The translations under genes and the position numbers were made by a program. Below the pieces are notes generated by a model, which did not search any database, was not told the origin of the DNA, and saw only the letters and a program-made list of their open reading frames with translations. From Cryomorphaceae bacterium (GTDB taxonomy: Bacteria > Bacteroidota > Bacteroidia > Flavobacteriales_D > Crocinitomicaceae): a DNA stretch of 60,867 nucleotides. Below, piece after piece: positions 9,778 to 18,850 of the stretch. Location of the stretch: contig JAJTDQ010000019.1 in NCBI GenBank assembly GCA_021300505.1, positions 1 through 60,867 on the forward strand, read 5' to 3'. The stretch's first letter is position 1. Each line of letters starts with the position of its first letter.

Positions 9778-11104
9778 TACCAGAATTATTTTGGTTTGGA
9801 CGACGTCTATTGTTCGGACGCTTGTTGCGTCGCTGCTGATTGTTCGTGTTTTCTGAAGTAGTCTGATTGCCCGAATTTGCCTGCGGACGGTGTCCTTGGT
9901 TTGAATTCTGGTTCGGATTGGCTGCTTTTGGTTGCTGTGTATTGTCCCCGGACTTTACCGCCTCTGCAGGTCGATTGCCTCCGGTCTTCTTCTTTTTGTT
10001 TTTATTCTTTTTGAAGGCATGCTCAAAACGATTCAGGCTATCTTGACCCACGACATTCTCATAATCTGGCTCCTTGATTTTTACCTCAGCCACATACTCA
10101 TTCAGCTCTTTCGGCTTCTTGCCGTCTTGATTCATCTTCATGATTTCTCTCACCCGCTCAGGGTTTAGGGGCACCAATCCGGATGCTGAATCTCCTTCGT
10201 ATGCATACCACATTTGTTTGCGGAATACGTCCGTTTTTATGTGGTAAGCAGCACCTTTTTCCGTGTGCAATTTAGTGTCTGCCTTCGGGAAAGCCTTCAC
10301 CGCATCGAGGTACATGTCCAACTCATAATTCAAGCAACACTTCAATTTTCCGCATTGTCCGGCTAATTTTTGCGGATTTAGCGATAATTGTTGGTAACGC
10401 GCAGCTGAAGTGGACACCGATCGAAAGTCTGTTAACCATGTTGAACAGCACAATTCGCGGCCACATGAGCCAATTCCTCCAAGACGAGAAGCTTCTTGAC
10501 GTGAACCTATTTGACGCATTTCAATACGGATACGAAACTTGTCTGCCATGTCTTTGATCAACTGGCGGAAATCGACACGACCTTCAGCAGTGTAGTAAAA
10601 TGTTGCCTTGCTTAAATCACCTTGGTATTCTACATCTGAAATTTTCATTTCCAGATTTAAATTTACGGCAAGCGTTCGCGATTGGTACATCACCTCCTTC
10701 TCTAGAGATCGTGCTTTAATCCATTTGTCGATATCTTCTTGCTCGGCAATACGCATGATTTTTTTCGCCTCAAGCGGCTTAAATCCTGGCGATTTTTTCT
10801 TGATTTGAATGCGTGCAAGTTCACCCGTTACGGAAACTACACCTACATCGTGGCCTGGGCTTGTTTCAACAACAACCACATCTCCAACCGATAACCCTAT
10901 TCCTTTGGCGTTTCTGTAAAACCCTTTTCGGCTGTTCTTGAATCGAACCTCCACTATGTCGTATGGTGTTTGACCTGTTGGCAACATGATGTTGGACAAC
11001 CAGTCAAAGACCTCAAGTTTATTGCAACCTCCGGAACTACAGGTACCGTTGTTTTTACATCCCCGAGGAGTTCCCCCGTCGGAGCTACAATTTGAACAAC
11101 CCAT
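9761..11104 (-). CDS. PSP1 domain protein (RicT-like) with a Cys-rich N-terminus and an N/Q/R/P-rich low-complexity tail
   Basis: PSP1 core 'GSCGRELCCSTWL...CGKLKCCLNYE'. The N-terminus is 'MGCSNCSSDGG..GCKNNGTCSSGGC'. The last ~85 aa are low complexity. Confidence 0.8.
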   Translation of the reverse strand: MGCSNCSSDGGTPRGCKNNGTCSSGGCNKLEVFDWLSNIMLPTGQTPYDIVEVRFKNSRKGFYRNAKGIGLSVGDVVVVETSPGHDVGVVSVTGELARIQIKKKSPGFKPLEAKKIMRIAEQEDIDKWIKARSLEKEVMYQSRTLAVNLNLEMKISDVEYQGDLSKATFYYTAEGRVDFRQLIKDMADKFRIRIEMRQIGSRQEASRLGGIGSCGRELCCSTWLTDFRSVSTSAARYQQLSLNPQKLAGQCGKLKCCLNYELDMYLDAVKAFPKADTKLHTEKGAAYHIKTDVFRKQMWYAYEGDSASGLVPLNPERVREIMKMNQDGKKPKELNEYVAEVKIKEPDYENVVGQDSLNRFEHAFKKNKNKKKKTGGNRPAEAVKSGDNTQQPKAANPNQNSNQGHRPQANSGNQTTSENTNNQQRRNKRPNNRRRPNQNNSGNESPQ

Positions 11105-11154
11105 AATTCTATTCGTTTTGTGTAAAGTTAGGAAAAAATGTCGTGCTTCTATGG

Positions 11155-12167
11155 TTAAGCAGCGTGGATGTAGCGCATCACCTGAAAGCTGATGTTTGTG
11201 AAGAGAATTTTCGAATTCGCGTTCCGTTCGATATGATAGTGAGAATCACTGAAGGACTGCATGAACTCACGCAAATTATTTCCTGTAATAAATCGGGCGA
11301 AATTGGCTAAAAATGCGTCCTCATCTTGCGTGAGACGTGTCAGTTGATCTCCCGTATAATTTTTCAGCATGCTTTGTCGCACCATATGCAGCGCGTATTC
11401 CAAAAATAGTTTTTGACGATCCTTTGTCGCAGATGATACCTCCTCTGCCCAATCGAGCATTCCGATGACATCTTTTCGGTAACTCACACGCATCAGCTTG
11501 ATGAACAGGTCTCTATTTACCACAGAATCTTCTTGATTTTCAAGAACATCCATTGCCTTAAGATAATCCCCGTTGGACGAGAAATAATTGTGCGAAGAAT
11601 CGTTTCGTGTGATTCAGCAACAAGAATAAAAATAGTCTTGGGAGTAGGCTCTTCAAGAATCTTTAATAGTTTATTTGCCGCTTGAATATTCATTGATTCG
11701 GGAAGCCAAATAATCATTGCCTTATATCCGCCTTCATAGGCTTTGAGGCTCAACTTTTTAATGATATCTTGACTTTCATGAACACTGATGATCATGTTCC
11801 GTTCTTTCGGGTCAATTTTTCTTAACCAATCCAGCTCCGCGAAGTACGGGCTTTCTTTTACTTGCTCCCGCCATTTATCCAACAAAAGAGAAGATTTGTT
11901 TGCGTCTGTTTGTACCGTAGGAAAAGAAAAGTGAAGGTCTGGATGTTGCAATTTATTCACCTTGATACACGAAGGACAAACGCCACAACTGTCGGATTCC
12001 GTTCGTTGATCGCAGAACAAAAAACCGACAAACGAAAGTGCCAAAGGAAGCGTTCCATGGCCAGACTTTCCATGAAGGAGACGCGCATGAGCGATGTTCC
12101 CACTCTGAATTTCCGAGATGAAATGTTTCTTTAATTCTTGCTGACCAACGACATCCTCAAATTGCAT
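11155..12167 (-). pseudogene. holB: DNA polymerase III subunit delta' (HolB), frameshifted with an apparent internal deletion
   Basis: ORF1 carries 'GKSGHGTLPLA', 'CGVCPSCIKV' and 'LLKILEEP', and ends just after 'TIISR'. ORF2, in another frame, continues 'GDYLKAMDVLEN...HIERNANSKI'. The 1013 nt span is not a multiple of 3. Confidence 0.8.
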
Positions 12168-12249
12168 GTGATAAAATTAGCGCAAAATCCCATCATTTCC
12201 CCGTTCAAAAACACTAAAATTGTACTAGTTTTAGATTTAAACTTGTGCT

Positions 12250-13584
12250 ATGAAAAAATACCTTATCCTCGTCGGAGTTTTGTTGGCTGGAAAATTTGCA
12301 TTAAACGCGAAACCAACAACGATTCACACAATAGAAACAACACAACGTGAATCCGTTACCGTTTCCATCTCTGTTATGGCAAACGGGGCAGCGGTGAAAG
12401 GAGCGTTTGTTAAAATTACTTCGGGCACCATAACGATTGGGGCAGGAATGACCGACGACAAAGGTGCAGCAAGCATCACTATCGCTACCTATGGTAAACA
12501 GATTTCAAACATTACGGTTACCCATACCTTGTACCGCGATGAAAAGATGATCGACTTGGTATTGGAAAATGGAAGAGCGTATGCCTTTACCTTGAAATCA
12601 AAAGGAGAGACAGCGGCAGAAGTTACTACTGAATCAAATGAGAAAATCAAGGAAATCGAGGAGAAAACCAAGCGTTCAGAGCAAAAGACAGCAGAGCTAG
12701 AAAAGCAAGCCGCTGAAAGCGCTAAGGAAAAAGAAGAGGCTATAAAACGTCAAGAGGAGATGCGTAAGCAACGAGAAGAAGAAGAGCGTTTAGCAAAGGA
12801 AAAGCAAGCTCAAGCTGATCAACAGATGACTGAAGCACAAAAGAACATGTCTGAAGCTGAACGTCAAAAGCAAGAAACTGAGCGTCAACGATTGGCGAAA
12901 GAAGAGCAAATCAACGCTGATGCAAAACGTAGAGAAGAAGAAGCAAAGCGTAGAGAGCAAGAAGCGGCAGAGCGCGCGAAGAATTTAGAAAACTCGATAC
13001 CTACGGACGCAAAAGCCCAAGAAGAGCAGGCCAAGAAAGAAGCTGAACAAAAGCAAAAAGAGCAAGCTAACGAAGCAAAAGAAGCAGAGCGCAAAGCAAA
13101 AGAAGCAGAAGAGAAAGCCAAGGCTGAAAAAGAAGCTCAAAAGGACAAAGAAGAAGCTGCGAAAGCACGCGCTGAAGAAGAAAAAGACCAAAAGAATGCT
13201 GCCGAAAAGCAAGCTAAACAAGAAGAAGAAGCAAAGAAAGAAGCTGAAAAGCAACAAAAAGAAGCGGCAGAGAAGGCCAAGGAAGCAGAAAAACTTCAAA
13301 AAGAAGCGGAAAAAGCAAAAGAAGAAGCGGCAAAGGAAGCCGAAGCCATGAAAGAATTGGATGAGAAATTAAAGAAGCTCGACGAAGAACAAAAAGCAAT
13401 TGATGAAGAGCGCAAAGCCTTGAAACAAGAGCAGAAGAAACTTGACGACAAAATCAAGAAAGGGAAAAAGCTTGAGAAGTTAAAAGAAGAACAAGTGAAG
13501 TTGGATGAGAAAAATCGCAAGCTCGACGAGAAACAAGAAAAGCTGGACGAAAAAAGAAAGAAAACGATTAAGAAATCAAATTAA
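12250..13584 (+). CDS. secreted protein: N-terminal beta-sandwich-like domain plus a ~320 aa E/K/A-rich helical low-complexity region
   Basis: Signal peptide, then ~110 aa of beta-rich sequence, then an uninterrupted charged KE/AEK repeat region. Confidence 0.7.
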   Translation: MKKYLILVGVLLAGKFALNAKPTTIHTIETTQRESVTVSISVMANGAAVKGAFVKITSGTITIGAGMTDDKGAASITIATYGKQISNITVTHTLYRDEKMIDLVLENGRAYAFTLKSKGETAAEVTTESNEKIKEIEEKTKRSEQKTAELEKQAAESAKEKEEAIKRQEEMRKQREEEERLAKEKQAQADQQMTEAQKNMSEAERQKQETERQRLAKEEQINADAKRREEEAKRREQEAAERAKNLENSIPTDAKAQEEQAKKEAEQKQKEQANEAKEAERKAKEAEEKAKAEKEAQKDKEEAAKARAEEEKDQKNAAEKQAKQEEEAKKEAEKQQKEAAEKAKEAEKLQKEAEKAKEEAAKEAEAMKELDEKLKKLDEEQKAIDEERKALKQEQKKLDDKIKKGKKLEKLKEEQVKLDEKNRKLDEKQEKLDEKRKKTIKKSN

Positions 13585-13590
13585 TACATA

Positions 13591-13620
13591 GGGGCGGAGT
13601 ATAAACGCCCCTATTTTTTT
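13591..13620 (+). terminator. rho-independent terminator
   Basis: Stem GGGGCG/CGCCCC followed by a T7 run, 7 nt after the stop of the KE-rich gene. Confidence 0.7.
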
Positions 13621-13696
13621 CATTCAAAAATACCTCATCATTAAAACAGGACTTCATCCTAAAAACAAACACCGCGAACGGTATAATTTCCCCGAA

Positions 13697-14512
13697 TTGA
13701 TTGCCGCTCATGTTGATTTAGCCCCTTTTGTTCGAGTGAACAACTTTGGTGATGAATCCATTGATTTCGCAAATCCGGATGCGGTAATGGCACTCAACAA
13801 AGCGCTACTCGTTCATTTTTATGGGATAACTCATTGGTCGGTGCCACAAGGGTTTTTGTGTCCACCAATTCCTGGGCGAGCAGAGTACATTCACCATATT
13901 GCCGAAGCCTTATCCATCAACAACGCATCAGCGATTCATTGCTTGGATGTTGGAGTCGGTGCCAATTGCATCTATCCCATCATTGGCGTTGTCGACTACG
14001 GATGGACATTCGTCGGTTCTGATGTAGAATTGGCATCACTTAAAAATGCCCAAAGCATCATTGACAACAATCGAGTCTTGAATAAAAAAATTGAGCTCCG
14101 GCAGCAAAAGAACAGAAACAACATCTTTCAAAGCATCATTCAACCGGAGGACCGATTTGATCTCACGGTTTGCAACCCACCTTTTCACCGGTCTGCGAAC
14201 GAAGCATCTGCTGGTTCCTTGCGTAAGGTGAAGAATTTAGGCCAGAAAAAGAAACAAGAACCTGTGCTTAATTTTGGTGGTCAAGGAAATGAGTTGTGGT
14301 GCGAAGGAGGAGAAATCCAATTTATCCAGACCATGATTCGCGAAAGCGCTCTGTATAAAAAAAACTGCAGTTGGTTTACAACGCTTGTGTCTAAAAAAGA
14401 AAGTTTGAATGCAATCTACAAAGCGTTCAAAAATGTTGCGGTTAAAGAGGTAAGAACCATAGAGATGCAACACGGAAACAAGACAAGCCGCATTGTTGCC
14501 TGGAGGTTTTAA
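13697..14512 (+). CDS. rlmF: 23S rRNA (adenine1618-N6)-methyltransferase RlmF; 5' boundary unresolved
   Basis: Motifs 'FLCPPIPGRAEYIH', 'DVGVGANCIYP', 'CNPPFH' and 'NFGGQGNELWCEGGE'. The in-frame conserved N-terminus 'KTGLHPKNKHRERYNF' lies upstream of the first usable start (TTG 13697). Confidence 0.85.
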   Translation: MIAAHVDLAPFVRVNNFGDESIDFANPDAVMALNKALLVHFYGITHWSVPQGFLCPPIPGRAEYIHHIAEALSINNASAIHCLDVGVGANCIYPIIGVVDYGWTFVGSDVELASLKNAQSIIDNNRVLNKKIELRQQKNRNNIFQSIIQPEDRFDLTVCNPPFHRSANEASAGSLRKVKNLGQKKKQEPVLNFGGQGNELWCEGGEIQFIQTMIRESALYKKNCSWFTTLVSKKESLNAIYKAFKNVAVKEVRTIEMQHGNKTSRIVAWRF

Positions 14513-14631
14513 TTAACCGTCATTGGCCCAAGAATTAGTCCGACAGGAATTTTTTAATTTGTTCCTCTGTCCATGAATCTTAAAACAGTTGAAATTTTCG
14601 CTTCACAACGTACAAAATTCATTTATTCTCC

Positions 14632-14639
14632 TACTTTTG
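14632..14639 (+). promoter_or_regulatory. candidate Bacteroidetes -7 box (TAnnTTTG)
   Basis: TACTTTTG lies 28 nt upstream of ATG 14668. Confidence 0.35.
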
Positions 14640-14667
14640 AATTAAATGTTGCGATAAAAGCTAAAAA

Positions 14668-15216
14668 ATGACACAAGAAGAACGTTTAAATGTATGTACA
14701 ACCTGCAAAAATCGTGAGTTTTCTATTCAACAAGGGCTGCTTTGTGGGCTAACCCATGAGAAGCCTACATTTGATTTGACGTGTTCCGATTTTATTTTAG
14801 ACGAGATTGCCAAGCAAAATGAAGATCGGACCGAGAGTAAGCAAATTGAAGAAAGGGGCTCATTGATTATGATTTCCAAATTCATTCTCTTTTTAATCGG
14901 ATTTTTATTCATTTTGATGGGTTACATTGAAAGCTACCTTCTTCCCGGACATTCCATTACGTTTGGCTACATCGACTGGAGCATCAGTTTTATATTCTTC
15001 ATTTTAGGCTTTTATTCCTTGAAGCATGCGTCCAGAGGGTTGACCATCGCATTAATTGTTTTTGTTGGTCTAAATGTGCTTTCTTTCATTCTAGAACCTT
15101 CTTCTATCTTATCGGCAATTATTTGGAAGGGGGTTATTTTCTATGTTATTTTGAGAGGAATTGAGCCCGCGAAGGTTGAGGAAGCAAGGATAAAGGAAAT
15201 GAACGCTAAATCGTGA
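14668..15216 (+). CDS. membrane protein with an N-terminal CxxC...C zinc-ribbon-like segment
   Basis: 182 aa with 'CTTCKN...LCG...CSDF' followed by about 4 TM helices. Confidence 0.5.
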   Translation: MTQEERLNVCTTCKNREFSIQQGLLCGLTHEKPTFDLTCSDFILDEIAKQNEDRTESKQIEERGSLIMISKFILFLIGFLFILMGYIESYLLPGHSITFGYIDWSISFIFFILGFYSLKHASRGLTIALIVFVGLNVLSFILEPSSILSAIIWKGVIFYVILRGIEPAKVEEARIKEMNAKS

Positions 15217-15262
15217 AAGGCAGGCACCCCACCCTCTCAATTCTATTTCCTACCTTCGTGCT

Positions 15263-16162
15263 GTGATCAAAGACCTGAAATACCACGCGCTGCTCCATGT
15301 CATCATCTTTATTTGGGGCTTTACCGGTATTTTGGGAAAACTCATTCACCTTGATGCTTACCAACTTGTATGGCACCGCACTTGGATTGGATTCTCTGCG
15401 CTTGCGATCGCGCTGGTCTTCATGAAAAAATCTCTGCGCCTAGCCTCGATGAAGCAACTTTTATTCATTGCAGGGGTAGGTATCATTGTCGCCTTGCACT
15501 GGATGACATTCTACAAATCCATTCAGCTTTCTACTGCTTCTCTTGGCATCTTGTGTTTATCCACAACGACGCTACACGTCACATGGCTTGAACCACTATT
15601 GTTCAGAAAAAAGTTTTCGTGGGTTGAATTTCTGTTGGGTTTAGCTGTTGTCTATGGCATCTATTTCGTTTCTGATGAGTTCGATGAAAAAGAATATGAA
15701 GCCCTCATGTATGGATTGGCATCGGCGTTCTTTGCGGCGCTTTTCAGTGTGCTGAACGGTCAGTTGGCGCGACGCATTCCTGCCCACTCCATTTCACTTT
15801 ATGAGCTCATCGCCGCCTTCTTATTTCTAACCATTGTGCTTTTTGTGCAAGGCGATATCAATCAAGAATTGTTCACGATGCGCACGGAAGACTTCTTGTG
15901 GTTACTTTTCTTGGGGATTGTGTGTACCTCATTTACCTTCTTAGGATCGATTGCGCTCGTGAAAAGACTTGGAGCCTTTACTGTTTCACTTTCGATTAAC
16001 ATGGAACCCGTTTACACCATCCTTTTAGCCATCTTTATCCTTCACGAAAACACCAAGCTGAGCATACATTTTTACACCGGTTCGGCAATCATTGTGTTGG
16101 TTGTCTTTGTGAATATGTTTCTGAAAACAACCTTGTTGAAGCGTGAGAAAATCACTCAGTAA
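15263..16162 (+). CDS. EamA/DMT-family transporter
   Basis: GTG start, ~10 TM helices and two EamA-like halves. Confidence 0.7.
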   Translation: MIKDLKYHALLHVIIFIWGFTGILGKLIHLDAYQLVWHRTWIGFSALAIALVFMKKSLRLASMKQLLFIAGVGIIVALHWMTFYKSIQLSTASLGILCLSTTTLHVTWLEPLLFRKKFSWVEFLLGLAVVYGIYFVSDEFDEKEYEALMYGLASAFFAALFSVLNGQLARRIPAHSISLYELIAAFLFLTIVLFVQGDINQELFTMRTEDFLWLLFLGIVCTSFTFLGSIALVKRLGAFTVSLSINMEPVYTILLAIFILHENTKLSIHFYTGSAIIVLVVFVNMFLKTTLLKREKITQ

Positions 16163-17672
16163 CGGACAAAAACGTCAACCATCTTTTTGCTTGTTCCGAA
16201 TTCAATACTCTAGGAAATTTGTGTTGTGATCCCATTTTTCCTGATTCTTTCATAAAGGAATAAAAGACCTGAAGAGGTAATATTTTCAGTTCAGGCATAT
16301 TCAACGTATACTTCCGCGCTGAAGCATAATCATCATTCAATTCAACCAACTGTTTATCAAGGATCTGAGCGAATGATTGTTCATCCACAGCGCCATCACA
16401 ACCAATAAACCAAATATGTTTTTGGTGTTCATTGTCCGCAAAAATGCAAAACTCTGAAATTTCAATGTTCTCGGCTGTTGCACAGTTGATGATTGCCGTA
16501 TTTATATTTTCTAACGAAAGATGCTCGCCAGCCAAACTTAAATACTGTCGAATTCTTCCCGTGATTACTAATTCTTGGGTTTTCGCATCTGTGAATCGTA
16601 CCAAGTCTCCAATTAAATAACGCCACAAGCCAGCATTTGTGCTAATCACTAAAGCATAGTCAACTTTCTCTTGAATTTCACTTAAAGTAAACGCCTTGTG
16701 CTTGTCACGAACTTGCCCATCTTCATCAAAATACTCACTCGTAAATGGTATAAATTCATAAAAGACACCCGTGTTTAAAATCAACTTCATTCCTTGAGAA
16801 TGTGGCGTCATTTGATAGGCAAAATAGCCTTCACTTGCTAAGTAGGTGTCTAACAAATGAATCGGTTTACCAAGCACTTTTTCCAAGCGGGGTAAATAAG
16901 GTCGCATAAATACACCACCGTGTACATAAACCTCTAAATTAGGCCACAAATCGTGTATCGATGATAAAGCATATCTATCCACAATGCGTTCCATCAGCAA
17001 AATACACCAACTTGGAATACCTGCAAGAATGCCAATGTTCCATTGTGGCGCCTTCTCGATCATAGCCTCTAGTTTTTGATTCCAATCTTTCATAGAAGCA
17101 ATTTTACTACCGGGCTTCGTTATCGGGCTAACAATTAAAGAGGTGTGTTTCTTCAGTATTCCACTCAAGTCGCCTTCGGTGTGTTTTCTTTTTTTAGTGA
17201 GTTTCGTGCTCCCACCAACCGCCAATGCAGAGGTGCTATAAAATTGTTCTGACAGATTTAAATCGTGTAGAGTTGACAATTGCCTTACGCTTGTTTTTTG
17301 AAAAGAACGGATCATCTTTTCTGAGACCGGAATTCGCTTACTTGGAGAACCTGTTGTTCCTGAAGAGAGTGCAAAATATTTTATCCTACCTGGCCATGTG
17401 TGATCCTTTTTTCCTTCAATTGTTTTCGCTAACCATAGTGTATAAAATTCTTCGTATTCCGTAATTGGCGTATTTTGTTGAAAAGAAAGGACAGGGTTTT
17501 TTTGCTTGATTGCTTTCAAAAAGGAGTGCGTTAAACCAAACTTTGTGTTTTTGGCGTAATCTAACAATTTTAGAAGTGTTTCACGTTGAGTAGCATGATT
17601 TTTACCTCGTTTTACCACACGTTTATAATTGATCTGATTCGTCTTCTTCAGGAGCTTTCCAATAATTGCCAT
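16152..17672 (-). CDS. GH3 (auxin-responsive promoter) family adenylate-forming enzyme-like protein
   Basis: 506 aa with 'LSSGTTGSPSKRIPVS' and the overall GH3-family pattern common in Bacteroidetes. Confidence 0.7.
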   Translation of the reverse strand: MAIIGKLLKKTNQINYKRVVKRGKNHATQRETLLKLLDYAKNTKFGLTHSFLKAIKQKNPVLSFQQNTPITEYEEFYTLWLAKTIEGKKDHTWPGRIKYFALSSGTTGSPSKRIPVSEKMIRSFQKTSVRQLSTLHDLNLSEQFYSTSALAVGGSTKLTKKRKHTEGDLSGILKKHTSLIVSPITKPGSKIASMKDWNQKLEAMIEKAPQWNIGILAGIPSWCILLMERIVDRYALSSIHDLWPNLEVYVHGGVFMRPYLPRLEKVLGKPIHLLDTYLASEGYFAYQMTPHSQGMKLILNTGVFYEFIPFTSEYFDEDGQVRDKHKAFTLSEIQEKVDYALVISTNAGLWRYLIGDLVRFTDAKTQELVITGRIRQYLSLAGEHLSLENINTAIINCATAENIEISEFCIFADNEHQKHIWFIGCDGAVDEQSFAQILDKQLVELNDDYASARKYTLNMPELKILPLQVFYSFMKESGKMGSQHKFPRVLNSEQAKRWLTFLSVTE

Positions 17673-17732
17673 TCGTTGATTTTTAAAGGAAAATTAATGA
17701 CGAAAGTTTTCTTCTGCGTCAACGTTTCTTTA

Positions 17733-17740
17733 TACTTTTG
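17733..17740 (+). promoter_or_regulatory. candidate -7 box (TAnnTTTG)
   Basis: TACTTTTG lies 32 nt upstream of ATG 17773. Confidence 0.35.
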
Positions 17741-17772
17741 TTATGAATCACTTTCGGTAAAAACCCGCTCAA

Positions 17773-18597
17773 ATGAACACTAAAAATTTCATCGTGCCTC
17801 ACGATTTTACTCAGGTTGCTGACAACGCACTTGATCACGCTATTGCTACTGCAAAACCTTTGAATGCAGAAATCTATGTTCTACATGTCGTGAGCAAGGA
17901 AAAGCAAATTGACAAAGCTGAAAAGCAACTCGCAGAGGTGTTAAATATTCATGTAGAATCTGGAGTTAAATTGATTCCTACCGTTCGTGTGGGAAGTATT
18001 TTTGAGGATATCGGTGAATTTGCAGCTGAGCATCATTCGGAACTTATATTCATGGGAACGCATGGTGCACATGGATGGCAACACGTTATGGGTAGCCACG
18101 CATTAAAGGTGATTACAAGCTCATCTGTGCCCTTTATTATTGTTCAAGAAAAAGGAATCAAACCTACGGGTTACGATGATATCGTAGTTCCTATGGACTT
18201 AAATAAAGAAACGAAGCAAAAACTGGCTATTGTTGCAAATATCGCGACCTACTTCAAGTCGAGGGTGCATGTCATTACCCCAGACGAGTCGGATGAATTT
18301 CTTCGCCACCAGGTACAATCAAACATTTTATTCGCCAACAAATTCTTTTCAGAGCGCGGTATTGAAGTGACAACAACCCTTGCTCCGAGCAGTGGTTTCG
18401 ATAAAGAAGTTGTTAAGCTTGCTGTTGGCCTAGATGCTGACCTCATCGCGATCATGAACTTGAATCGCTTCGGTTTCCTAGGTGCTTTGAGTACCAACTA
18501 CGAGCAATACATCATTACAAATGATGCGCGAATTCCAGCGTTGGTGGTTAATCCGATAGACTTAAGTCCCTACGGGCAAAGTGTTCTTTTTAGCTAG
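17773..18597 (+). CDS. tandem universal stress protein (UspA family)
   Basis: Two Usp-like halves, with 'LIFMGTHGAHG' in the first. Confidence 0.75.
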   Translation: MNTKNFIVPHDFTQVADNALDHAIATAKPLNAEIYVLHVVSKEKQIDKAEKQLAEVLNIHVESGVKLIPTVRVGSIFEDIGEFAAEHHSELIFMGTHGAHGWQHVMGSHALKVITSSSVPFIIVQEKGIKPTGYDDIVVPMDLNKETKQKLAIVANIATYFKSRVHVITPDESDEFLRHQVQSNILFANKFFSERGIEVTTTLAPSSGFDKEVVKLAVGLDADLIAIMNLNRFGFLGALSTNYEQYIITNDARIPALVVNPIDLSPYGQSVLFS

Positions 18598-18603
18598 GTA
18601 ATA

Positions 18604-18755
18604 AGACAAAAGACCCGCTGCGCTGTAAGACAAAAGATGCTTCTTCGCTCTTTGAGCTTAGAAGGACACTGAAAGACTTATTCATTCTTCGAAGAGCTAG
18701 TTTTTATCAATAACTGAGATTAGACAAAAGACCCGCTGCGCTGTAAGACAAAAGA
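18604..18755. repeat. 34-nt direct repeat (18604-18637 and 18722-18755), part of a dispersed intergenic repeat family
   Basis: AGACAAAAGACCCGCTGCGCTGTAAGACAAAAGA occurs twice. The second copy continues into a 9-bp hairpin, CGCTGCGCT...AGCGCAGCG. Confidence 0.8.
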
Positions 18756-18850
18756 GCGCAGCGCTAAAGGACTTAATCACACACTGAATTCCGTCAGGAA
18801 CAAATTGCCAGCAGCAGAAAACTCGTAATTAGTAAGTCGTAATTATAAAA

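Noticed and set aside
12885-13520. Several 60-104 aa ORFs antisense to the KE-rich gene (12885-13121, 12985-13299, 13214-13399, 13296-13520).
   Set aside because: They are mirror images of a GAA/AAG-rich low-complexity coding region, giving F/L/S-rich nonsense. They have no independent starts or signals, so they are artefacts of repeat composition.
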